64,000 nucleotides of DNA, from NCBI GenBank assembly GCA_963706595.1, contig OY970166.1, forward strand, positions 736,001 to 800,000. The letters run 5' to 3'. Shown piece by piece: positions 10,001-18,939 of this stretch. Source of the stretch: an uncultured cyanobacterium (lineage in GTDB: Bacteria; Cyanobacteriota; Cyanobacteriia; Cyanobacteriales; Nostocaceae). The number at the start of each line of letters is the position of its first letter. The first letter of the stretch is position 1. Position numbers and translations under genes: made by a program. The notes under the pieces are model-generated. The model ran no database searches and had not been told where the DNA came from. It saw only the letters and a program-made list of their open reading frames with translations.

Positions 10001-11805
10001 CACTTGGCGCTTCTGGTACTGCAATTATTACTGCTACGTTTAGTCCCAATGGTAGGTTGATTGTTGGTGGTGGTAGTGATGGTGCTATTTATTGGCGGGA
10101 CTTACAAGGCGATTCAAGTGTGAAATCTCGGCAAGTCAGTAGTGATAGGAGTGCAATTCATGCTGTTGCCTTCAGTCCTGATGGAAGAACTATTGTGAGT
10201 GCAGATGAAAAAGGTTGTATTTATCTATGGCAATTGCAGGGTAATCAATTAAACAAAGTAGCTTGTGATGATTCTCTAAAAAACATTCGATCTATTGCTT
10301 TGAACAAAAACGGAAACCGGATTCTCATTAATCTTGTTCCAGACTATTCTGAATCTGGCTTCAGTTATGAGAGCTTTGCTATTCTCTGGAATTTAGATAA
10401 TCAGGAGCAGCAATGGAAGCGTTCATTCCTGAAAGTTGCGAATCCGGGTTTTTCATCAAGAGTCTTATTTGCTGCCTTTAGTCCTGACAGCAGCACTATA
10501 GTCACTGGTGGCGAAGATGGCAGCGTCCGTCTTTGGGATAGTGAATGTAAGGAAATCAGTCAGCCTTTATTAGGTCATAGCAGCAACGTCGAATCTGTAG
10601 CTTTTAGCTCTGACGGAAAGAGGATTATCAGTAATAGCTCGGATGGCAGCATTCGTCTGTGGGATGCAGAGCAGAACTTATCGGAACAACGCATTAGTAG
10701 GTATGGAGAAAGTCGTTCTACCATTCTTAGCCCCGATGGCCAGAAAGTAGCTATCGGCGGCGAAATAATTAATGATCAAGGAAAATCTGAATTAAAAGGA
10801 TCAGTTACATTATTGGACATTATTGCAGGTAACCGACAAATTTTTGCAGGCACGAATATGCAAGAGCAAAGTAGTGGTCAAGACCAAAATGGTGAGCCTC
10901 TTGCTGTTAGCTCTAAGGGTTATGTTCTTGTTAAAACCGTTGATAACCTTGATGACGGCAAATCTCGCCTAATTTTGTGGCATCCTGGGGCTACTTCAGA
11001 AAAGCAAACCATCGGCACTCCTGAAACTAACTTTGGACACATTGCTGCTATTAGTCCTGATAGTCAAATGATTGCCAGTACCGTGGATGAGGGCGGCGTA
11101 ACTGATGCCATTGGTCTATGGGACATTCAGGGTAATCCAATTGGACAGCCAATGAAAAATGATGAAAACTTTTCTGTACAATCTATTGCCTTTAGCCCTG
11201 ATGGTCAGCAGATAGTTAGTGGTAGCAGTAACTATGCTTTAAATGGTGCTTCAAGTCAATCTTCTGTATGCTTATTGCATTTAAAAGTAGATGGTTTAGA
11301 GAAAAAACCTTGCCAATTGGTTACTGGTGAGTTAAATAAAGTGGCTTTTAGCCCCGATAGCAAAACTGTTGCTATTGGACAAAGCGATGGCGGGCTATAT
11401 TTGTGGAATTTGCAAACTAATGTAATAGGTAAACGCTTTGGTGGAAATGGACAGCCTGTTTTATCTATTGCCTTTAGCCCCGACAGCAAAATCCTTGCTA
11501 GTGGTAGTAGAGACGGTAGTATGCGTTTGTGGAACTTAAATGGAAATCCAATCGGCAGAGCCTTTCAAAGTTACACAAGTCCAAATAAAGCTGTTTCCTC
11601 CATAGCTTTTAGTCAGGATGGCAAAACCGTGATTGTTGCTTACATAGATGGAAGTGTGAGGTTTTGGCAGGCTGACTTAGAACTTTTACTCCAAGTCGCG
11701 TGCAACAGATTGCGTGACCATTCTATCTTGAAAAATCCAAGTAATGAAGAAGAGAGAGGAGCTAAAAAGACTTGTGAGACATATGTTTGGAATACAAAAA
11801 TTTAA
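7057..11805 (+). CDS. Caspase (C14) - STAND NTPase (nSTAND1-like) - transmembrane helix - WD40 repeat protein
   Basis: FAGHG and LDCCFAG; NPYRGL, Walker A GASGTGKSS, Walker B VIIDQFEE, PGALPLL, EPAHDAL; hydrophobic FWIAVVLAFAGVTSFALYFWW at 9463-9525; many FSPDG...LWD repeats. Confidence 0.92.
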   Translation: MSKHDFHRNFAIIIGINNYQNSIRELKSAVPDALKLAEIIQKQHENLKPQYQGENKYEVQLLLNQRASLSQLKQLIADFKQGEITLDKKKVTITESDRLLFYFAGHGIALDALENQEGPVGYLIPQDAISGDSSTYLPMQELHDALNALPCRHMLAILDCCFAGAFRWASVKREVVRKVQIYKERYDRFISDRAWQVITSASDDQKALDSLVGSRGRVTDGNEVHSPFAQALFDALLGKGADSNQDGMVTATELYSYLRDQVEIASENYYQRQTPSLCPLRKHDKGEFIFLLPDFDRDKLEDAPPLNVKNNPYRGLSSYDEKDSNLFFGREDQIQKLYQKVVDNKQQLTLVLGASGTGKSSLVKAGLIPKLRKDDKTWRILPPFRPGESPLKSLNNVLESVKQPLIQAGTSSHLFTPAEESLGNWFKNNPQAKLLVIIDQFEELITLSKSEEAEKFQIFIKNIVAKYPNNIHVVITLRLDFEAQFQTSVLKDFWNDDARFVVSPMSQNEFREAIEKPASQKVIYFDPPSLVDELINEVVQMPGALPLLSFTLSELYLKYLGDRTRDNRALTKKDYEELGRVVGSLTKRANQEYEKLVAEDSAYQDTVRRVMLRMISLQGGELARRQVPKSELIYTDEKETERVNTVIKSFSEARLIIEGSNPQSEPYVEPAHDALVMGWGRIRNWLNERQAKVKTVSQWHQLKTWFNVRLLEGDSNKVTRPEAEQALKVNLSLQREVTNAANNWSRKRESDRDKQAVGFLWDRDPRLPQLEQIQQSDDNWFNKTETQFVEHSITQKRRNIRNFWIAVVLAFAGVTSFALYFWWQLQQSQLREKITRSENLLATDPLASLVIAIDAIGRNRNTPIVNVNILPEVRYSLLSAVQTSRERNRFSDNVQGKAIALSPDGEKIASADGNGNVYLWDLQGKQQWKRNVTTPLGNIKFLEFSPDGKILIATSDQYNSSAENNTPNPVQFWDLQGNQIQPLGASGTAIITATFSPNGRLIVGGGSDGAIYWRDLQGDSSVKSRQVSSDRSAIHAVAFSPDGRTIVSADEKGCIYLWQLQGNQLNKVACDDSLKNIRSIALNKNGNRILINLVPDYSESGFSYESFAILWNLDNQEQQWKRSFLKVANPGFSSRVLFAAFSPDSSTIVTGGEDGSVRLWDSECKEISQPLLGHSSNVESVAFSSDGKRIISNSSDGSIRLWDAEQNLSEQRISRYGESRSTILSPDGQKVAIGGEIINDQGKSELKGSVTLLDIIAGNRQIFAGTNMQEQSSGQDQNGEPLAVSSKGYVLVKTVDNLDDGKSRLILWHPGATSEKQTIGTPETNFGHIAAISPDSQMIASTVDEGGVTDAIGLWDIQGNPIGQPMKNDENFSVQSIAFSPDGQQIVSGSSNYALNGASSQSSVCLLHLKVDGLEKKPCQLVTGELNKVAFSPDSKTVAIGQSDGGLYLWNLQTNVIGKRFGGNGQPVLSIAFSPDSKILASGSRDGSMRLWNLNGNPIGRAFQSYTSPNKAVSSIAFSQDGKTVIVAYIDGSVRFWQADLELLLQVACNRLRDHSILKNPSNEEERGAKKTCETYVWNTKI

Positions 11806-11947
11806 TAAAATAGGAAAATCAGTATGAAAAAAAATTCTGCTGCTAATTACCGTAAATGCAGACAAATGGTTTTGAAGAGAAGCAAACCCTAGGCTTTGAA
11901 AGTTATGAATTTCTTGCAACTAAAACTCTCTCAATAATGCTTTCTCC

Positions 11948-14900
11948 ATGTCCAAATCAAAGTACGATTTTCACCGCAACTTTGCAATAATTATTGGTAT
12001 TAATAACTACTTAAATGGCATTCCAGAGCTAGAGACACCAGTTGCTGACGCTGAAAAATTCGCCAAAATTCTCCAAGAAAACTATCAATATGAGGTGCAG
12101 ATATTACTAAATGAAAAAGCTACACTATTACAGTTAACTTCTCTATTAGCAGACCTTAAACAAAAAACACTACATTTACCTGAGAAAACATTACAGATAG
12201 AACAAAGTGACCGTTTAATATTTTACTTTGCCGGACATGGAATAGTCCCCGCAGATGGGCTAGAAAACAGGGATAATCTGGCAGGCTATCTTGTCCCCCA
12301 GGATGCCAGAGGAGATATTCTTCTGCAAAAGCAAATAGAAATTAACAAAATTCTCCTGCCCATGCAAGACTTGCATGATGCCCTTGTAGAACTACCTTGC
12401 CGTCATTTACTAGTTATACTAGATTGCTGTTTTGCTGGGGCATTTCGTTCGAGTTTATATCGAGAAATTCTCCCGGCGCGAAAAGTTTATAAACAAAGGT
12501 ACGATCGCTTTATTAGAGATAGAGCATGGCAAGCGATCGCATCTGCGGCTCATGACCAAAAGGCGATCGATTATCTCGGTTGTTTCGGACAGAGGGGAAG
12601 CACAGGAAAACACTCGCCTTTTGCAGAAGCCTTGTTTGATGGTTTAGTGGGTGCTGCCGACACAACGCTACGAGAAGGTGATGGTATTATCACAGCAACA
12701 GAACTTTACTGCTATTTACGCGATCGAGTTGAAGAACTTACCGACGAACTTGATAAACGCCAAACTCCCGGCTTGTTTCCCCTGAAAAAGCATGACAAAG
12801 GCGAGTATATATTCTTACTACCAAATTTTGACCAAAACAAGTTAGAAGATGCACCAGCACTCAACGAAGAAAACAACCCTTATCGGGGTTTAAAAAGCTA
12901 TGAAGAACAGCATTCTCAGTTGTTTTTTGGCAGAGATGAACTAATCAAACAACTATATGAACGTGTTCTTCACCCTAAAAACCCACTAACTGTAGTTTTA
13001 GGCGTTTCCGGTTCTGGCAAGTCTAGTTTAGTCAAAGCGGGGTTAATCCCTTATATAAAGGCTAACCATAACGAAGATTGGTACATTATACCTACATTCC
13101 GTCCTGGTGAATCTCCCTTCGCCGCACTGGCTGAGGTAATAGCAATCAATACTGAGGTTAGTGAAAGTAAAATAGAGGTAATTAAGTCTCTCAGCGAGAC
13201 GCTTATACAAGCACCAAAGCAATTCATTGAAATTGTAGCCAATGGCAGACAAATCCCTGCAAATGCAAAGCTTTTATTGGTGATTGACCAATTTGAAGAA
13301 CTAATTACCATCTGCAAGCAACAAGAGCGAGAGCAGTTCTTAAATTTTCTGGCACAAGTATTAGAGGTTAATGCTCAAAAGTTGCACATAATCATCACCT
13401 TGCGCTCTGACTTTGAACCGCGTTTTTTAGATTCTGCACTCAAACCCTATTGGAGTGGCGATCGCTTTCCAGTACGCGCCATGAGGTCTGATGAATTACG
13501 GCAGGCCATTGAAAGACCAGCTAATGAAAAAATGTTGGATTTCAACCCACCAAATCTAGTTGACCTGCTCATTGACGAAGTAGGGCAAATGCCCGGCTCT
13601 CTATCACTATTATCTTTTACTTTAAGTGAACTTTATACTAAATGTATTGAGCGGGAAAGTAGAACTTTAACTCAGGCAGATTATCAGGAGTTAGGCGGAG
13701 TTGCAGGTTCCTTAACACATCGAGCAACGGAAATATACAACAAACTGGACAAAGCCCAGCAAATCACAATGCAACGGGTGATGTTGCGGATGGTGACAAT
13801 TGAAGGCGGGGAGTCAGCAAGGCGAAGAGTGCCTTTATTTGAGTTGATATATATAAGTAATGCAGAAAATACGCGAGTAGAGGAAATCCGTCAACTGCTG
13901 GATAAATCGCGTTTGATTGTGGGTGGACAGGAACCAGGGGGTGAACCCTATGTAGAACCAGCCCATGATGCCTTGGTACGAGGGTGGAGTAAGTTACAGG
14001 AGTGGAAAAATGAGGAGCAGGAAAACTTGTTACTGCAACAGCGTTTAACTCCTGCGGCTAATGATTGGGACAGAAATAATCGACCTATTGGCTTATTGTT
14101 ACCTGATGGCGATCGCCTCAATCAGTTGGAGAAAATTCAGGCATTACCTGATAACTGGTTGAATCAGCAAGAGGTAGACTTTGTTCAAGCAAGCATTAAT
14201 TATAGAAATATTCAACAAAGGCTCTCTAGAGAACAACAAACAAGAACAGAACTACTACGGAAAGTAAATAGAGTAGAAGATTTACTTACTTCTCAACCGT
14301 TGAACGGTTTAATCTTAGCAATTCAAGCCATAGGGGAAAATTTAGAAAAAATTCCCCATACAATTTTAATGGCTGCTCAGTCTAGTTTACATAAAATGGT
14401 TTCTCGCTCCAGAGAGTGTAATTTTTTTTGTAGTGGAAGCTTTTGTGTAGATTTCAGTCCTGATGGAGAAATGATTGTTAGTGGTGGCGGAGAAGGCGTT
14501 TTCCAACTATGGGATCTAAAAGGAAATTTAATCAGTGAATCTTTATCTCACAATGGCTCTAGCATTAGTACAGTAGTTTTCAGCCCTGATGGTCATAATA
14601 TTGCTAGTGGTGGTGGCAGTGGATTTTACTTATGGGCTATAGACAGTACAAATAAATCCTTTCATCTTGTAACATCAAATTCTGATTTCTCTATTAAATT
14701 TATAACTTTTAGCCCTTCGGGAAACTACATTATTAGTGGTAGTAATGATGAGAAACTGCAAGTTTGGGATAGTCAAGGAAATTTACTTGCTCATCAATTT
14801 TCTGCTGAGAACGGATGGTCAAGAGATAATCGAGAGGCTATTAATGTAGCTTTTGGTTCTTCAGACAACGATTTTGTTAATGCTTGTGGTGAAATCTTAA

Positions 14901-16621
14901 AGCTTTGGGATACTTTTGTTAACCGAAAAAGGAACAGCATCCACATACTTTGTAAAGTAAATTCTGTAGCCTTGAGTCCAGATAATCAAATAATAGCTAT
15001 TGCTTCTAATAATAGTCATATTCGTCTATGGAATATAGAAGAGCAATCTCTGGGCGAACCTTTTAGCGGATACGAATCTTCATATCCAATCCAATCAGTG
15101 AAATTTAGCCCTAATGGAGAATACATTGTTAGCGGGAGTTTTGACCAAACAGTACGTTTATGGGACTTAAACGGAAAGCTAATTAATACGCCTTTTATTG
15201 GTCACGATCAATTTGTCTATTCTGTAGCTTTTAGTCCTGATGGTACAGGTATTGTCAGTGGCGGTTTAGATGGCATCAGAATTTGGGATACTCATGGCTA
15301 CAAAGCTACCCAAGTTATTAAAGATCACCAAGGAGAGGTGAATGTGGCAGTTTTTAGCCCAGACGGAAATTATATATTTAGTGGTGGTGATGACGGTAAT
15401 TTAAGACTTTGGGACATCAAGGGGAATCTTATTGACAAAACCTCCATAAATAGTCAGGATGCTATTACTTGCCTCTCTATAAGTCTTGATGGAAAATATA
15501 TAGTCAGTGGCAGCTATGAAGGTGATTTAAGACTTTGGAGCATTCAAAATCAACGTCTACATCAGCTCTTCATTGTTCATCAAGATGGTATAAATGCTGT
15601 AGCTTTTAGTCTCAGTGACAACTTAATTTCTAGTGGTGGTGAGTCTGGAATTGTAAAACTTTGGAATTTGGAAGGTAATTCTGTTGGTGAACCCTTCATT
15701 GAACATCAGTCACGGATTACTTCTATCGCATTTAGTCCCGATGGAGCAATGCTGGCCAGTGGAAGTTCTGATGGTAGTCTTGGACTATGGAACATTAATG
15801 GTCAATCTATCATTCAACCCTCTAGAGTTGATGGTTGTTGGGTTGATTGTCTAGCCTTTAGTCCAGATGGAAAATACATCATAAGTGGTATCAATAATGA
15901 TCCTCTGAGTGGTCGTGGTTTTGGTGGTGTACTGAAACTTTGGGATTTATAAGGTAACATTATCGGTAATCCCTTCACTGGTCATGAAGACAGTGTTACT
16001 TGCGTAGCTTTTAGTCCTGATGGGACGCTAATAGTTAGTAGCAGTGTTGATGGCACTGTTAGACTTTGGGATCAACAAGGGAATGCTGTTGGTTCTCCCT
16101 TTATTGGTCACAAATTTCGTGTTACATCTGTAGATTTTGATCCAACTGGAAAGCAGGTTGTCAGTAGCGGTGTGGATGGCACAGTGCGTTTGTGGCCAGT
16201 TGATTGGGTATATTGGTTGCAAGTAGGTTGCGATCGCCTCCGCTACCATTCTGTTCTCAAGAATCCTCAAACTGAAGTAGAGAGACAAGCCTGGGAAACT
16301 TGTCAAAATTATGTCTGGGAACCAGAAAAAGGTACTCAAAAGTTATATGAGCAAGCACTACAAAGGATTAAGGACAAAGAAAACTTTCCCGCAGCAGAAG
16401 AAAAAAATTTTTCAGAAGCGATCTCAATCTTGAATCTAGTGATTCAGTTTAATCCAGCTCATGCTGATGCTTACTACCATCGGGGCAAGTGCTATGCTGA
16501 TTTTCAGAATAAGCACATAACAACAGTAGATTTTAACACGGCTGCGACTCTATATCGGCAGCAAGGAAAAACTGAAACTGAGGAGTACCAGGAGGTTATG
16601 AAATTCCTCAATCAGCTTTAA
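11948..16621 (+). pseudogene. Second caspase - STAND NTPase - WD40 - TPR protein, interrupted by one in-frame stop
   Basis: FAGHG, LDCCFAG, GVSGSGKSS and VIDQFEE are present. TAA at 15950-15952 (WDL*GN) is followed in the same frame by two more WD40 repeats and the 16172-16621 ORF with a TPR-like NPAHADAYYHRG motif. Confidence 0.88.
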
Positions 16622-16629
16622 TTCTAAAT

Positions 16630-17083
16630 CCCACATTCCGCACCCTCGACTGTCACACATCAAGAAAAGAGCCTCCAAGTAGTACATGGGAACTAAAGCA
16701 AATTAAAAGTAAAGGGGCTTAATCAGAATTAGTCTTACAAAACCAAACAACTGCCAATTAGCAAAGCTTTCAGGTAAAAACGAGGATTGCAGGCGGAATA
16801 TGAAAATCTAGAAAAAGTTTAGAAAAATTAATTGTTAACCAAAATAGAAATGAGAAAATTACTACAGAATTCATGGAGAATCCTGTAGTGATGTTGAATC
16901 TAAAAGAAATCCAAATCCAAAATATAGAAAAGTTTAGGCATAGTAGCAGGAATGGTAGATGCCATTGGATTGGTAGAAATAATTAATGATTTAATAGGTG
17001 AAGAAAAAGGAGAAAAGGTCAGCCCTGGTCATGCTGTTAAAGCCATGATTTTAAATGGCTTAGGATTTGTATCTCAACCATTA
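16630..17083 (+). mobile_element. IS1634-family left end and truncated transposase start
   Basis: Near-identical to 55996-56449; begins with TIR CCCACATTCCGCACCCTCGACTGTCACA and is cut by an IS630 end. Confidence 0.85.
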
Positions 17084-17344
17084 CAGCGTTTCCGGCTGTT
17101 ATGAGGTACAGTAGCAGCAATTAGCAAACCAGTTTCTTAAATGTTGAGGATTTATTAAGTCAAGTGCAACTGAAATTATTCGATCTACCATTTCTGTTGT
17201 AGTTGGTGAAAACATCCGTAAGAAAGATTTAAGTTGTTACCACCATAACTCAATGGGGTTGAAATCTGGTGAGTATGGTGATAAACATATAACTGAAGCC
17301 CCGACAGATTCAATCATTGGCACAATTGAATCTAGTTTATGTGC
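17082..17344 (-). mobile_element. IS630-family 3' remnant with terminal repeat
   Basis: End TACAGCGTTTCC...GAGGTACA; minus strand reads LSPYSPDFNPIELWW*QLKSFLR with an internal stop. Confidence 0.8.
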
Positions 17345-17357
17345 GGATAAGTTATCC

Positions 17358-17710
17358 TAAACCCCACCAGAGTCGCTACTGGTTAACCCCCCCCTGTAGA
17401 TGAAGAGTTTGACGCAAAAGTGGATGATATTACTGGTTTATATATCACTGGGATTGAACGTCATCAAAGCGGAGAGCGGACAATATCGATTGATGAAATG
17501 ACCGGGATTCAAGCTACTGAGCGTCTAGAAAAAGACTTACCAATCAGACCAGGTAAAGTTGAAAGAAGAGAGTTTGAGTATATCCGTCATGGTACGCAAA
17601 GTTTAATCGCTAGTTTTGATATCGCAACTGGTCAAATTATTGAACCAAGTTGCGGAGATTCCAGAACCGAAGAGGATTTCGTTCAACATATTCGTCGAGT
17701 TATTGAAAGG
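17358..17710 (+). mobile_element. Internal fragment of a second IS630-family transposase
   Basis: KPHQSRYWL followed by SIDEMTGIQATER and EFEYIRHGTQSLIA. Confidence 0.8.
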
Positions 17711-17914
17711 GTCTTTCCTGGGGTCGGGGATTGTTCACGATGCACTGCCCCAACTGCCGCATCGTCGTGACTTAAATTTGCTGGTAGTAGGCATTGCAAC
17801 AATGTTAGGATGTCGAACATGGGCTGTGTGTGGCTTTCGAGTTGTTGTTTTGGAAGACTATAACTCTACTACATCAACCCTCTTTTTATACTCTTTTTTT
17901 GGCTACAGTATTGT
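17711..17914 (-). mobile_element. IS4-family-like left end plus degraded transposase start
   Basis: Minus strand begins (A)CAATACTGTAGCCAA at 17914 and reaches ATG 17820 encoding MFDILTLLQCLLP. The first 62 bp recur inverted at 39853-39914. Confidence 0.6.
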
Positions 17915-18794
17915 ACATAGTTATAAATTTCCCCGCCGACTTACTTACTCTTTTCTTGAATGTTGAAAGAGGGTTAATTAGAGCTAAATTTAGGATTTGC
18001 TTTAAAGCTAGCCACATAAAAACTGGGATAGTTGTACTGTATCGACTAAATAGTCTCAATGGTTCCTGAATTAGACGATATAACCACTCGACCCCTAAAT
18101 GACGTATCCAATAGGGCGCTCTTTTGTGACTTTCTGCAAAGACAGGAAATGCTCCCCCTAAACCAATCATCACAGCCTGAATTTTGTCTTTGTGTTGGTT
18201 CATCCAGTACTCTTGTTTTGGACATCCTAGAGCAACTAAAACTATTCCAGCACCACTATCATGAATTTTTTTTATAATAGCTTCATCCTCTGCCCATGTG
18301 AGTGGACGGAATGGTAAAGGCTCCATTCCAGCAATTTTCAAATTCGGAAAATCACACTCTAAGTTCTTTCTCATCTTCGCTAGAATTACTTCATCAGAAC
18401 CCAAAAAGAAAAGATGAATGTCTCTGAGTGGAGCTAATTTACACAAAGATAACAGAATATCCATACCAGCAACGCGGTTTTGAGTACCTGCACCCATTAG
18501 TTTCAACATCCAAACCAGCGGCATCCCGTCAGGAGTAACAATATCTGCACTTTTTAAAACAGCAGAAAACTCTGGATGCCAATAAGCTTCTACGAGCATA
18601 TGAGTATTAGCTACGCAAATAACTTTGCTAACTTTATTCATCGCCCATTCTAATATGAAATTTATTTGTACTTCAAAGTGTAAAGCAGTAACAGAAGAGC
18701 CAATTATATTTAGTTTTGCAGCTATTCTTGAAGCTTCAAATTCCGAAGTTAGCTTTAAAGATTGAAGTTGAATTTGGTTATTTGTAGTTAGCAT
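17886..18794 (-). CDS. WecB/TagA/CpsF-family glycosyltransferase
   Basis: TPDGMP, RVAGMD, LGCPKQE, GLGGAF and EWLYRLIQEP.RL motifs. Confidence 0.93.
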   Translation of the reverse strand: MLTTNNQIQLQSLKLTSEFEASRIAAKLNIIGSSVTALHFEVQINFILEWAMNKVSKVICVANTHMLVEAYWHPEFSAVLKSADIVTPDGMPLVWMLKLMGAGTQNRVAGMDILLSLCKLAPLRDIHLFFLGSDEVILAKMRKNLECDFPNLKIAGMEPLPFRPLTWAEDEAIIKKIHDSGAGIVLVALGCPKQEYWMNQHKDKIQAVMIGLGGAFPVFAESHKRAPYWIRHLGVEWLYRLIQEPLRLFSRYSTTIPVFMWLALKQILNLALINPLSTFKKRVSKSAGKFITMYNTVAKKRV

Positions 18795-18939
18795 CTTTTT
18801 TGTATATTGTTGATTATTGTGTTAGAAAAAGTTTTAAAATACTGTTTTAAGAACAACAAATAGGTTCACTCTCTCGTGAGAAGATAAATAAGCTATCTGT
18901 TATTTGATCAGACTGGAAACCGAAACCTAAGATTTTTCC

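Noticed and set aside
9720..16200. Diversity-generating retroelement or near-identical hypervariable repeat array in the WD40 regions
   Set aside because: The repeats are diverged at the DNA level, and no template repeat or reverse transcriptase is visible.
16172..16621. Separate 149-aa TPR gene
   Set aside because: It is in frame with, and continuous in WD40 pattern with, the upstream gene across a single TAA.
17853..17914. Tn7/CAST or Tn3 end, or a dedicated recombinase site
   Set aside because: There is no TGT..ACA outer terminus with TnsB-site arrays and no GGGG end. Continuity with an IS4-like transposase start is a simpler explanation.
17616..18069. ORFs 17616-17966 and 17830-18069, and the similar peptide in 39740-40144
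   Set aside because: They are chimeric read-throughs across IS fragments and the 62-bp repeat; the shared peptide reflects the DNA repeat.
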